Source: the human T2T-CHM13v2.0 reference genome, Homo sapiens
DNA: 64,000 nt
Assembly (NCBI RefSeq): GCF_009914755.1
Contig: NC_060939.1
Reading direction: 5' to 3' (one strand)
The translations under genes were made by a program, and so were the position numbers. Position 1 is the first letter of the stretch. Each line of letters begins with the position of its first letter. Under the pieces are notes generated by a model. That model saw only the letters and a program-made list of their open reading frames with translations, was not told where the DNA came from and ran no database searches. This document shows positions 15,439 to 28,931 of the stretch, in pieces.

Positions 15439-16199
15439 CTAAACCACGGTACATGCTTAATAAATATTTGCTGATGAAAGATTAAAATTGAGTGGATTTT
15501 TAAAATAGATGTTATGAAGGAAACTTCCTTTCTGAAGACCATTAAAGTACTTTTCTCTTTGATCTTATATTCACTTTTACATATCTTTGTTTTAATCATA
15601 ATGATTTACTTGCTTGTCAGTTTCACTCTAGTACTAGAGTTTATTTCTTGAGGACAATAATTTGGTCTTGTTTATCTTTATTTCTCCCTTTTAAAAATTG
15701 AGTTATTTATTTATTCTCTTTAATCTCCAGATCTCATTCATCAATCATTGGTAATTCATTAATGTATTCAATTAATATCTTTGTGTTTGTCTCGATTCTT
15801 GAAAATTGTATATTATAAAGTGTGCGTGTATTTTATTGAAAATGAAGTTATAAAATCAGTTATCTCTGATTACAGCTCAGAAACTGGAAACTAGAAAAAG
15901 ATCAAATTAAATCTCTTTAATTAAATTGAATGAATGAAATAATAAAAAGTAAAAGTGAATTAAAAGGTGGCATATGGTAGAAAAATACATTTAAAAATTA
16001 GATCTCTGAAAAATTAATAATATCGAAGACCCTTTAGCAGGGCTCATAAAAGAAATGTGTACAGGCCGAACACGACTGAAACAGGATTTTAAATTTTCAA
16101 AAGAGCATTTCTAGTCCCCATCTCAACCAGTGCTGCCACTTGCATCTTCCGCTGAGCCCTGGGGCTGCTCCAGCGGCCGCTCCCCTCACACCTCACACA

Positions 16200-16895
16200 C
16201 ACATTCCGTTGGCTCCTTGGCTGGTTCTGAATCCCAAGCACATCTGACTCAGAGTATTTCCTGCCACTGCTCCTGCTACCACCCTAGCGTAAGCCCCATT
16301 GGGTGTCACCTGTATCAGTGCAGCGGCCTTCAAACTGTCCTTCCTCCTTCCACCACCCGCTTCCTACTCGTAATTCTCCATAGACTATGCAGAATACTGT
16401 TTCAATCAGGTTCATCAGGCCATGGTGTTCCATATTATGTTGCACAAATATCCACTCCCATGGAGTTTCACACCCTTCCGTCTACACGGCCTTGCTTGCT
16501 ATTCCTGTAACACAGCAAGCTCCTTTCTATCTCAGCTTTTTCACACTTGCTGTGCTCTTTGGAATGCCTTCTCCCCAATCTTGTGCCTTGCCAGTATTTC
16601 TTCCAGCTCTCCATTTAAACGTTATTGCTGTAAAGAGGTCTTGTGTGACGATTGTTCTAAAATAGCTTCCAGTAACTACCCGCCACATGCCTTCCTCTTA
16701 TTTTCCTCTGTTTTTTCTTATAGCCCTTATTAATATATTATATTTATTTATTTACTCTTTATGTTTGTCAGTTAGAATTTCAAGGTCCGTAAAGGTAGGT
16801 AGATTGCTCACTGAATCCTTCAGAATCCTTCAGAATCCTTTAACAGTGTCTAGGACATGTGAATGTTTAATGAAAACAAGAATGAGTGAGGAATA
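16200..16895 (+). mobile_element. L2 3' fragment
   Basis: tgctaccaccctag; cacttgctgtgctctttggaatgccttctcccc; end acagtgtctaggacatgtgaatgtttaatgaaa...aatgagtg. Confidence 0.75.
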
Positions 16896-17512
16896 GTGTC
16901 AGAGCCCTAGACAAGGCTAAGAAGAAGAAACAGAGTGATAATACTAAGTAAGGAAATCAGAATACAGGGTAGTGTATTAATATATTCTTTCTTAATACTT
17001 ATTATTTATGTAGTACAATCATAAATTCTTTAGGAAGTGAATAGTGTCATAAAAAGCATAATATTGTTGGTAGGTGTGTGCTCATGCATAAATCTAATGT
17101 TCAATTTTTGATCAAAAATAACTAAGACTCAAATGTACAAATCAGAAATAATATCATTAATTTATTAAATAGCCTGATCAAAATTCCCTATGCATTGAAT
17201 GGAAGAGTGAGTATTTAAAATCTTATCAGGCTAGAAACTAGCATATAATTTTATGTTTTGTAAGGGAGAATGAAAGAAATATTAATATTAAACATTATGT
17301 AAAATAAGATGAGGACTACATGCCACGGAAATATTTCACGATATTATTTCTATGTTTCTTCCTTAACTTTGGAAGTTGAGAATTTTCTCTAATATGCTAC
17401 ATTAATTTCGTCCTCCACTACATTCTTAATCAAAAATTTAGATTTCAGGTCCCGCAAGTTTCAGGCTTAGCCGTGGTTCATTCTTGGTTCAATATCAAAT
17501 GACTAGCTTCAG

Positions 17513-17816
17513 GGTTTTTCTTGTTTTTGTTTGTGAGACAGAGAGTCTCGCTCTGTGCCCCAGGCTGAAATGCAACGGCGTGAACTCGGCTCACTGCAGT
17601 CTCTACCTCCCAAGTTCAAGCAATTCTTGTGCCTCAGCCTCCCGAGTAGCTGGGACTACAGGCATGTGCCACCATGCCCAGCTAATTTTTATATTTTCAG
17701 TAGAGACAGGATTTCGCCATGTTGGCCAGGCTGTTCTCAAACTCCTTGCTTCAAGTGATCCTACCGCCTCGGCCTCCCAAAGTGCTGGGATTACAGGCGT
17801 GAGCTACCACCTGGCC
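17513..17816 (-). mobile_element. AluJ/AluSz element
   Basis: Reverse-complement Alu; flanks ctagcttca / ctagctaca. Confidence 0.93.
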
Positions 17817-18337
17817 CTAGCTACATTTTTACATTTATTTTTAAGGGATAATGTTTTGAAATAATAAATTTTGGTTATTCTAAATGGCCAAATAGGGTAA
17901 AGAACTTATGCAAATCTAGGGAATGTGGCCACAGACCCCTCAGTATGACAAGTGGAATGAAAGTCAGGAAGAATATTCACAACAATACTAGTTATAGCAA
18001 GTCCCTGCTAGAGAAAACACAGGGGACTCCAGGGGGTAAAGAATAACTATAATCATCCAAGACAGGGTTTGTATCTACCCATGTCTCCCGCAGTCCATGT
18101 GAGCAGCCTTGCTTTTTACAACAGGATGATGACAATAGAGACTCTGGGACTCAAATACATCTTGTGAAGGAATGTGATTGTAAACCTGCTGTGGTTAGCA
18201 GTTCTCAAAATCCTGGCAGTGAAACACCATAATTATGAAGGTTTGCCTGAAAGACTGGCAAACCTCTCATTCCTCTAACCAACTAAAACCTATCTCTAAT
18301 ATGCTATGTTAGTCTAGTCTATCTAGTTAGACTAGAT

Positions 18338-18557
18338 CATGCTTATCCAGCCCGTGGCCCATGGGCCGCATGCAGCCCAGGACGTTTGTGATTGTGGCCC
18401 AACACCAATTCGTAAACTTTAAAACATTATGAGGTTTTTTCTTTGCAATTTCCTTTCTTTAGCTCATCAGCTATCATTAGTGTATGTTATGTGCGGCCCA
18501 AGAAAATCCTCTTTCTTCCAATGTGGCTGAGAGAAGCCAAAATATTGTACAGCCTTG
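18338..18557 (-). mobile_element. MER30 hAT-Charlie MITE
   Basis: agctcatcagctatcattagtgt...ggcccaaga...cttccaatgtggc...gaagccaaaatattg; flanking actagat / actggat. Confidence 0.8.
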
Positions 18558-18959
18558 ACTGGATCATGCGAGAGCCACATAGCCATTTTATATAATTTCA
18601 TTTTCTCCAAACAGCTTCTTTTGCTCAATGTACCCCAGAGTGATTTTATGAGAAAGATCCCTGTGCCTACTGTAAAATGGTGCTAAGAGGACTGATCTCT
18701 ACATTTTATTATCTTCTTTCTATTCCTAACTATTGGAGGTGACTTGCTCCTCTCTTTAAACTAGAAATAGTTATGTCAGCTGTGAATCATGTACTCTATT
18801 TGGATAGTTTAATCACTGGATGTAAGATAGCATGAAGAGACACCGAGAGCTCATTTCGAGTAGGGGTAGAAGACTCTACACATTCATTTTGTTGATTTAA
18901 CTCAGTACTGGTCCCATCTTACTTCTCTTCTCATTTTCTAAAATATTTAATCAAAACTT

Positions 18960-19900
18960 TCAGTAGGAAATAACACAGTTCAAAAGTCAATGTAAAGATA
19001 TATGGAGGAAACATTTACCCTCAATGTTTTTTCCCCTTCTACCCTTCCACAGGAAACCACTGATATATTTTTCTTCCACTTTCCCTAGAACTTTTTAAGC
19101 AAATGTGAATACCATTTCCTCCCTGTCCTCTTCCTCTTTTTCTTCCAAAAGGGTCCTATGTTACCCACTTTGCTTCCTTTAATGGTTACTTCCTGAACAT
19201 CCTTGTACTTTTAATATCAGAAGATGCTCATTTTCTTTAAATGTGTGACATTTCATATTATCATTGTTCCATAACTTACTTAACCTGGCTCTTACTGATG
19301 GATATCTGGGCTGTTACCAGTCATTTGCTCTTATAAATAACACTGTAATGCATTATTTTGTATTTATGCTTTTATAGATAGGTGCACCTTAGGATAAATT
19401 TCCAGAAGTAGGATTTTTGGGTCAATGTATATACATATGTTCATTTTTGATAGATATTACCAAGTTCTCCCTTATAAAGTATGAGTGTGCCTGTTTCACA
19501 GTAGCCTGTGAAAAAGATTGTTTATCATACTTTAGGGTTTTTGACACTCTATTGTTCAAACTAGTATGGCATTTTGTACAGTTTTGATTCATTAATATAT
19601 CTTTATATATTCTTGGGCCATATATCTTTATTAATTAATAAGTATATATTCATCGGTCATTTATATTTCCTTCAATTGTCTATACTTTGATCAATTCCGC
19701 ATGGGATTTTTGTCATCTTATTGATTTCTAGGGGATCTTTACACACTAAGGATGGAGCGCTCTCTGAGATGAGTTGCGACTATTTCTCTCCGTTGTTTAA
19801 TCTTTAAAATTTTACTTATCTTGTTTTTTGCCTACTGTAGCTTTAAGTTTTATAAAGTAAAAAATATATAATTTTTTTATCTTATGGCTCCTGGGTTAGA
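18960..19900 (-). mobile_element. L1ME-like fragment, antisense
   Basis: actgatggatatctgggctgttaccag; ttaggataaatttccagaagtaggatttttgggtca. Confidence 0.7.
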
Positions 19901-20124
19901 ATTTTTATAATGAAATAAAATAAAAAATGAGGGCATTGAACCTAGAAAGCATTGCACTCAGAATAAATATTGTTTCAGAGTTTAGAAGTTCTGTTTTAAA
20001 TTTTCAATTCCAAAAGACACTTAGATCTTGGTTTTCCAATTCTCGTATTCCTTCCATCATGTCAAATGCATGATTCCTATATCTAAACCTCCAACATTTT
20101 GCTGCTTTTAAAATTATCATTCCT

Positions 20125-20433
<309 letters not shown>

Positions 20434-22457
20434 TCACGTTGACAGGCAACATACTCAAGATTACATGCTGAATTTGTGTATTTTTTTGACAATAGATTTA
20501 CCTCCTGATCTGCATCTCAGTTATAATGAAATTAAATCACTTTTTACTTCCTCTTCAATGTACACTGAGTAATCTAAAGATGATGGTTTGATGAGCTAAG
20601 CAAAATTTAAAGTTATCTTATTAAAAATACTAAAAAAAGTATTCCATGGGTACCATATCCCCCCATGTAACTCCCCTTCAGTGATTGTTAGTGGAATCCC
20701 AGCCCAAGTCAGATACTCAACAGGGCTGAGGATTCAGACAAACTTTGCCCTTGTGGGACATTTAACCAATTAACAGAGGGTCTTTTGTTAATGCCAATTT
20801 CATTTGTCTTTAAGAAAACTTACTTTCAATTTTATACACTAACTTACATTTCTTGGCAGCCTGTAACTTTTATTTTTATAAAACATTGTTAATTTTCATT
20901 GCAATCACTAAGGCACTTATATATTTGACTTTGGGTTGCTAGAAAACTGAGCATTCTATGGCAAACATATTCCACACTGCCAGGCATCTCTGTGATGACA
21001 GATTATTGAACTCGCCTTTTAATTTTCCTTCTCATTTTTGTTTAATCTTCTCTATCTACCCCCCCCCAACCCCACCTATAACACAGATACACCCTTCCTG
21101 CCCAGGGACCTGGGATATTTTAAGTGACTAATTCATGTTTGAGGAATCAAAGAAGGAAAAAAGGTCTGTGGGAAGGAAGCCAAAGAGAGAAAGGAAAACA
21201 GAAGGAAGGAAGGCGATGGAGAGAGCACAAAGAGGCCCCCTATGGAGACTGCATAGGTTATAGAGATTGCAATTGAATTCAAAACAGCACTTCAAAACTC
21301 ATCACAGGTTTTTTTTAACTTTATTAAAAATATTTTTTTGCTTCATTGAACCTTACATTTTAATTGATTGAAGTTAATCTTTATTTCTTTAACAATTTTA
21401 TGCACATATTCTTGATAAAACTCGTTTGAAACAAAAATTCATGCTACACTCTGATTTTCAAAATTCAAAGATAAATGACATATTCCTGCTTTTATACAGT
21501 AGCTTGCTGTGTACCTTTGGGATGAAGAGATTTCCAAGATATTCAGGGGCATGTAATGAGTATACTTAGTCCAGTTACAGTTTGTGCACAGTGTATACAT
21601 TTTATACTCACTTCAGTGTTTAAACTCCTTCTCCTTGACTTTAAAGTAGGTAATACTGATACACATTTGCACATTTGTCTTCATGCTTAACGGTTAATCT
21701 CAGAAGGTTCTGCTGGAGCTGTGTGGTGAGGGGAAAATGTAGCTCAGAGCCAGCCTAAGAGAGACACAAGTGTCAGACCACAGGGACAGACCACAGCCTC
21801 AGAAAGCTGTTTTATTTCATATTTCCATAGTTTCTTGGTTATAAGAAAGAAAAACTGGGTGAATGCAAAAGGACAATTTAATATACTGACTTAATTGTTT
21901 TATCTTATAAAACTTGTCAGGAAATACTTGGTTGGTGTCAATACTGCCCACGTTATCAACTAGCCCTGATTTAGATTCCATTCCTTTTTGTTCATAATCC
22001 CATGCCACTTTAAGAGCAACCCTCTCCACTGTCAAGTCAGTCAGGAAAGCTAATTGACCATGATTTTAAAAAATCACAGCATCACTATGAGCAAAAGTAA
22101 ACGCTATTACCTAGCTATTGCTATTCAGCTAACCGACATAGACACAACCTTAGTTTCAGGCACGAAGAACATTTTAAAAGAAAAATCAATGCACATGCTT
22201 TTCTGACTTTCTACTCTATACTCAATTCCACAGCTGAATGTGGAAGCCAGTAAAGATGCATTCTCAGTTATCCATCCTGGAAGATTTATCCCACTTTTCA
22301 TTTCGTGGTCATTTTTACAGTAGCCCTGTAAACACATATTAATACATTTATTTCAATGTTCTGGCATAAAGTGTGTGTAAGGTTGACTAGGGGACTAACT
22401 CCGCTACTCCTTCTTAGTTGTAATAGGAGTTCCAAGCTTTAGGAAAAAGCATATACC

Positions 22458-22757
22458 AGCCAGGTGCAGTGGCTCCCGTCTGTAATCCCAGGACTTTGGG
22501 AGGCTGAGGTGGGTAGATCACCTGAGGTCAGGAGTTCGAGACCAGCCTGGCTAACATGGTGAAACCCTGTCTCTACTAAAAATGCAAAAATTAGCCAGGT
22601 GTGGTGGCATGCCTCTGAAATCCCAGCTACTGGGGAGGCTGAGGTGGGAGAATTGCTTGAACCTAGGAGGCGGAGGCTGCAGAGCCAAGATTGCGCCACT
22701 GCACTCCAGCCTGGGTGACAGAGCGAGACCCCATCTCAAAAAAAAAAAAAAAAAAAA
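22458..22757 (+). mobile_element. AluS element
   Basis: Full Alu; TSD aaaaagcatatac. Confidence 0.96.
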
Positions 22758-23580
22758 GCATATACAAAGTACATAGGATAAAATTATGTCATGACACACA
22801 CCATACACACATGAAGAAAGAGCAGGAAAATAATGAAACAACTGGGGCAAAATGGCGAGTCTGTGTGATGGCTATTCAGTTCTTTGTACTCTAATTACAG
22901 CTTCTTTGTAAGTCTGAAATTATAACCAAACGAAAAGTAACAAGTAAAGAAACAATAAAGAAATACAATTAGGCATACAGAAATATCAAATATGTCACTA
23001 ATCCAAGAGAATCAAGAGAAATAAAAAAAACACCCAAGGGATTTAGGAAATTGAGTTACGAGATACTAGCTTTCAATTAACTAAAATTAAAATATCAAAA
23101 GAACTTAAAAATATTCTGAAGTGGAGCATAGAACTCCAAACTATGCTAAAGAATGAAATGTAAATTCTAAAAGTCAACAATAAAATCACCAAGGAGGAGG
23201 GGCTAAGACGGCTGACTAGAAACAGCTGCGATGCGAGGTTCCCATGGAAAAGAACAAAAACAGTGTGCAAATCCTGCACCGGCAACCGAGGTATCCAGAT
23301 TCTATCACCAGGAATGACTAGGCAGTTGGTGCGACCCACAGAGAGCGAGGAAAAGCACGGTGGTGCAATGGCCCCACTAGGAGCCACATAGGGAAAGGGA
23401 AACTCCCACCCTCAGCCAAGGGAGGCAGTGAGTGACCTGCACTACCCAGCCCGGAAAACTTTTTTCCACGGATCTGTGCAACCCGCGGATCAGGGGTTCC
23501 GCCTAGTGAGCCCACGCCACCAGGGCCTTAGGTTCCAAGCACAGAGCTGTGCAGATTCTCAGCGGCCACTTGGCTGGAGA

Positions 23581-23912
23581 CTGCCTAAGACGGGGGAGGG
23601 GCAGGCGCCATTATCACTGCATCTGCCTCTGCGGCTGCCAAAGACCACTGAGCCCCTCGGGGGAGGGGCGACCGTCATCACTGCTTCTGCATCTGCTGCT
23701 GCCTAAGACCACTGAGCTTCCCAGGGAGGGGTGGCCATCATCACTGCTTCTGCATCTGCTGCTGCCTAAGACCCATCACTCCTTCTGCATCTGCTGCTGC
23801 CTAAGACCACTGAGCTTCCCGGGGAGGGGCGGCCATCACCACCGCTTCTGCATCTGCTGCTGCCTAAGGTCACTGAGCTACCTGGGGAGGGGCGGCTGCC
23901 ATCACTGCAGCT
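23581..23912 (+). repeat. ~63-bp tandem repeat, about 6 units, inside the L1PA 5'UTR
   Basis: Unit ctgcctaagaccactgagcttcccggggaggggcggccatcatcactgcttctgcatctgctg with variants; one unit is internally deleted. Confidence 0.92.
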
Positions 23913-24658
23913 CCAGTCAGCTGTTTTTCCCCTGCCAGCACCAGGGAGACTGGATGGTATGGACCCGGGAGGAATTCCCCACAGCCAGCACAGCGGCTGT
24001 GGCAGATCATGGCCAGAGTGCCTCTTTAGGCAGGACCCTGACCCATCCCTCCTCACTGGGCGGGGCCTCCATGCGGGAATTTCAGCAACTCCAACCAGGG
24101 GTTTAGGGACAGAACTTTGACCTCCCTGGGACTGAGCTCCTGGGGAAAGGGGTGGCCGTGGTCTCCAAGGACCAGCAGACTTAGTTTTTCCCCCTGCTGG
24201 CTCTGAGGAACCCAGCCAGTCCGGACGAGTGGAATTCCCTCCAGCACAGTGCACCCCCTCTCCAAGAGACAGCCAGAGTGCTTCTTTAAGCGAGTCCCGG
24301 ATCCCGTGCCTCCTGACTGGGTGAGCCAGGGGTTTCCGGACACCATATACAGGAGCATTCCCACTGGCATCAGGCCGGCACCTCTCTGGAACAGAGATCC
24401 CAGAGGAAGGAGCAGGCAGCCACCTTTGCTGTTCTGCAGCCTCCACTGGTGACATCTCCAGATGCGGGAAGGACCCAAGTGAATAGGGTCTGGAGTGGAC
24501 CTCCAGCAAACCACAGCAGCCCTGCAGAAGAGAGGCTTGACTATTAAAAGAAAAACAAACAAAAAGCAACAACAGCAGCAGCATCAAAAGAAATCCCCAC
24601 AAAAACCCCATCCAAAGGTCAGCAGCCTCAAAGATCAAAACTAGATAAACTCATAAAG

Positions 24659-25660
24659 ATGAGAAATAAGAAAAAAATGCTGAAAACTCAAAAAGCCAGA
24701 GTGCCTCTTCTCGTGCAAATGATCTCAACACCTCTCCAGGAAGAGCACAGAACTGGGCAGAGGCTGAGATGGATGAATTGATAGAAGTAGGCTTCAGCAG
24801 GTGGGTAATAAGGAACTTCACTGAACTAAAGGAGCGTGTTCTAACCTAATGCAAAGAAGCTAAGAACCATGATAAAACATTACAGGAGCTGCTAACCAGA
24901 ATAACGAGTTTAAAGAAGAACATAAATGACCTGATGGAGCTGAAAGACACAATATGAGAACTTTGCAATACAATCACAAGTAACAATAATTGAATAGACC
25001 AAGCAGAGGAAACTATTTCAGAGCTTGAAGACTATCTTGCTGAAATAAGACAGGCAGACAAGACTAGAGAACAAAGAATGAAAAAGAATGAACAACACCT
25101 CCAAGAACTATGGGATTATGTAAAAAGACTGAACCTACAACTGATTGGGGTACCTAAAAGAGACAGGGAGAATGGAATCAAGTTGGAAAACATACGTCAG
25201 GATATCGTCCAGGAGAACTTCCCCAACCTAACAAGACAGGCCAACGTTCAAATTCAGGAAATCCAGAAAACCCCAGTAAGATACTCCAGGAGAAGATCAA
25301 CCCCAGTGTCAAAATGAAGGAAAAAATATTAAAGGCAGCCGGAGAGAAAAGCCAGGTCACCAACAAAGGGAAGCCCTTCAGAGTAACAGCAGACCTCTCA
25401 GCAGAAACCCTACAAGCCAGAAGAGATTGGGGCAAATATTCAACATTCTTAAAGAAAGGAATTTCCAACCCAGAATTTCATATCTGGCCAAACTAAGTTT
25501 CATAAGTGAAGGAGAAATAAAGTCCTTTTCAGACAAGCGAGGGAATTCACCACCAACAGGCCTGCCTTGCAAGAGCTCCTGAAGGAAGCACTGAATACGG
25601 AAAGGAAAAGCCATTACCAGCACTGCAAAAACACACTGAAATACAAAGACCAATGACACT
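24659..25660 (+). pseudogene. L1 ORF1p pseudogene (stops, frameshifts, internal deletion near 25305)
   Basis: ORF fragments 25078-25317 and 25314-25496 match L1 ORF1p (KEKILKAA, RVTADLSAETLQARRDWG). Confidence 0.9.
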
Positions 25661-25709
25661 ATGAAGCAACTACATCAACAAATCTGCAAAATAACCAGCT
25701 AGCATCATG

Positions 25710-28700
25710 ATGACAGGATCAAACTGACACATAACAATATTAACCTTAAATGTAAATGGGCTAAATGCCCCAATTAAAAGACACAGAATGGCAAGCTGGA
25801 TAAAGTCAAGACCCATTAGTGTGCCCTATTCGAGAGACCCGTCTCACATGCAAAGACACACATAGGCTCAATATAAAGGAATGAAGGAAAATTTACCAAG
25901 CAAATGAAAAGCAGAAAAAAGCATGGGTTGCAATCCTAGTTTCTGACAAAACAGACTTTAAACCAACAAAGATCAAAAAAGACCAAGAGCATTATGTGAT
26001 GGTAAAGGGATCAATTCAACAAGTAGAGCTAATTATCCTAAATATATATGCACCCAATACAGGAACACCCAGATTCATAAAACAAGTTCTTAGAGACCTA
26101 CAAAGAGATTTAGACTCCCACACAATAATAGTGGGAGACTTTAACACCCCACTGTCAATATTAAACAGATCATCAAGACAGAAAATTAACAAGGATATTC
26201 AGGACCTGAACAGCTCTGGATCAAGTAAACCTAATAAATATCTACAGAATTCTCCACCCAAAAACAACAGAATATACATTCTTCTCGGCGCCACATGACA
26301 CTTACTCTAAAATCAATCACATCATTGGAAATAAAATACTCCAGCAAATGCAAAAGAACTGAAATGAAAACAGTCTCTCAGACCACAGCACAATCAAATT
26401 AGAACTTGTGATTAAGAAACTCACTCAAAAACACACAACTACATGAAAATTGAACAACCTGCTCCTGAATGACTCCTGGGTAAATAATGAAGTAAAGGCA
26501 GAAATCAAGAAGTGCTTTGACACCAATGAGAACAAAGAGACAATGTACTAGAATCTCTGGGACATAGCTAAAGCAGAGCTAAGAAGGAAATTTATAGCAC
26601 TAAATGCCCACATCAAAAAGCTAGAAAGATCTCAAATTGACACCCAACATTACAACTAAATGTTGTAGAGAACCAAGAGCAAACAAACCCCAAAGCTAGC
26701 AGAAGACAAGCAATAACCAAGATCAGAGTGGAACTGAAGGAGACACAGACACAAAAAACCCTTTAAAAAAATCAATAAATCCAAGAGCTGCTTTTTTTGA
26801 AAACATTAATCAAATACATAGACTGCTAACTAGACCAATAAAGAAGAAAAGAGAGAAGAATCAAACAGGCACAATAAAAAATGATAAAGGGATATCACCA
26901 CTGACCCTACAGAAATACAAACAACCATCAGAGAGTACTATAAACACCTCTATGCAAATAAACTAGAAAATCTATAAGAAATAAATACATTCCTGGACAC
27001 ATACTTCCTCCCAAGACTGAACCAGGAAGAAGTTGAATCCCTGAATAGACCAATATCAAGTTCTGAAATTGAGGCAGTAATAAATAGCCTACCAACCAAA
27101 AGAAGCCCAGGACCAGATGGATTTACAGCTGAATTCTACTGGAGGTACAAAGAGAAGCTGGTAGCATTTCTTTTGAAATTATTCCAAACTACTGAAAAGG
27201 AGGGACTTCTCCTTATGAGGCCAGCATCATCCTGATACCAAAACCTAGCAAAGATACAACAAAAAAGGAAAACAGCAGGCCAATATCCCTGATAAACTTT
27301 GATGCAAAAATTCTCAATAAAATACTGGCAAATTGAATCCAGCAGCAAATCAAAAAGCTTGTCCACCATAATCAAGTTGGCTTCACCCCTGGAATGCAAG
27401 GCTGGTTCAATATATGTTAATCAATAAATGTAATAAATAGAACTAAAGACAAAACCACATGATTACCTCAATAGATGCAGAAGAAACGGCCTTCAATAAA
27501 ATTCAATATCCTTTCATGTTAAAAAAAAACTGTCAATAAACTAGGTATTGCTGGAACTTACCTCAAAATAATAAGAGCTATTTATGACTAACCCATAGTT
27601 AATATGTTAATGAATCAGCCAAAGCTGGAAGCAGTCAACTTGAAAACCAGCAAAGACAAGGATGCCCTCTCACAGCACTCCTATTCAACATAGTATTGGA
27701 AGCCCTGGCAAGGGCAATGAGGCAAGAGAAAGAAATAAAACATATTTGAATAGGAGGAGAGGAAGTCAAACTGTCTCTGTTTGCAGATGACATGATCCTA
27801 TATCTAGAAAATCCCATCACCTCAGCCCAAAAGCTTCTTAAGCTGATAAACAACTTTAGCAAAGTCTCAGGATACAAAATCAATGTGCAAAAATAGCAAG
27901 CATTTCTGTACACCAACAATACACAAGCAGAGAGTGAAATCATGAATGAACTGCCATTTACAATTGATACAAACAGAATAAAACACCTAGGAATACAGCT
28001 AACAAGGGAAGTGGAAGGACCTCTTCGAGAAGAAGTACAAACCACTGCTCAAGGAAAACAGAGAGGACACAAACAAATGGAAAAACATTCCATGCTCATG
28101 GATAGGAAGAATCAACATCGTGAAAATGGCCATACTGCCCAAAGTAATTTATAGAGTCAGTGCTCTTCCCATTAAACTACCATTGACATTCTTCACAGAA
28201 TTAGAAAAAAACTACTTTAAAATTCGTATGGAAGCAAAAATGAGCCCGTATAACCAAGACAATCCTAAGCTAAAAGAGCAAAGCTGAAGGCACCACTCTA
28301 CCCAATGTCAAACTATACTACAAGTCTACAGTAACCAAAACAGCATGGTGTTGGTACAAAAACAGACATACAGACCAATGGAACAGAATAGAGATCTCAG
28401 ACAGAAGACCATAGATCTACGACCATCTGATCTTCAACAAACCTGACAAAAACAAGCAATGGAGAAAGGGTTCCCTTTTTAATAAAATTGAAACTGGACC
28501 CCTTACTTACACCTTATACAAAAATTAACTAAAGATGATTTAAAGAGTTAAATCTAAAACAATAAAAACTGTAGAAGAAAATCTAGGCAATACCATTCAG
28601 GACATAGGCACAGGCAAAGATTTCATGATGAAAACATCAAAAGAAATTGCAGCAAAAGCAAAAATTGACAAATGGGATCTAATTGAACTAAAGACCTGCT

Positions 28701-28931
28701 GCAGAGCAAAAGAAGCTATCACTAGAGTGAACAGACAACCTACAGAATGGGAGAAAATGTTTGTAATCTGTCCATCTGACAAAGGTCTAATAACCAGACT
28801 CTATGAGGAACTTAAACAAATTTACAAGAAAAAAACAATCCCATTGTCAAAGGACATGAGCAGACACTTTTCAAAAGAAGACATTTATGTGGCCAACAAA
28901 CATATGAAAAAAAGCTCAACATCACTGATCA
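25710..28931 (+). pseudogene. L1 ORF2p pseudogene (endonuclease and RT), C-terminus missing
   Basis: ATG ACA GGA TCA AAC TGA gives an early stop. Fragments 25996-26298 and 28625-28942 ([13 protein letters not shown]) match ORF2p. Confidence 0.92.

Larger units (their letters stand above)
23193..28931 (+). mobile_element. Older primate L1PA (approx. L1PA8-13): GC-rich 5'UTR, disrupted ORF1 and ORF2, 3'-truncated
   Basis: 5' start ggaggaggggctaagacggc (YY1 site degenerate); ORF1 peptide LQELWDYVKRLNLQLIGVP; endonuclease peptide LNIYAPNTGTPRFIKQ...IIVGDFNTPLS; RT motif FADDMI at 27780-27797. Confidence 0.95.
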
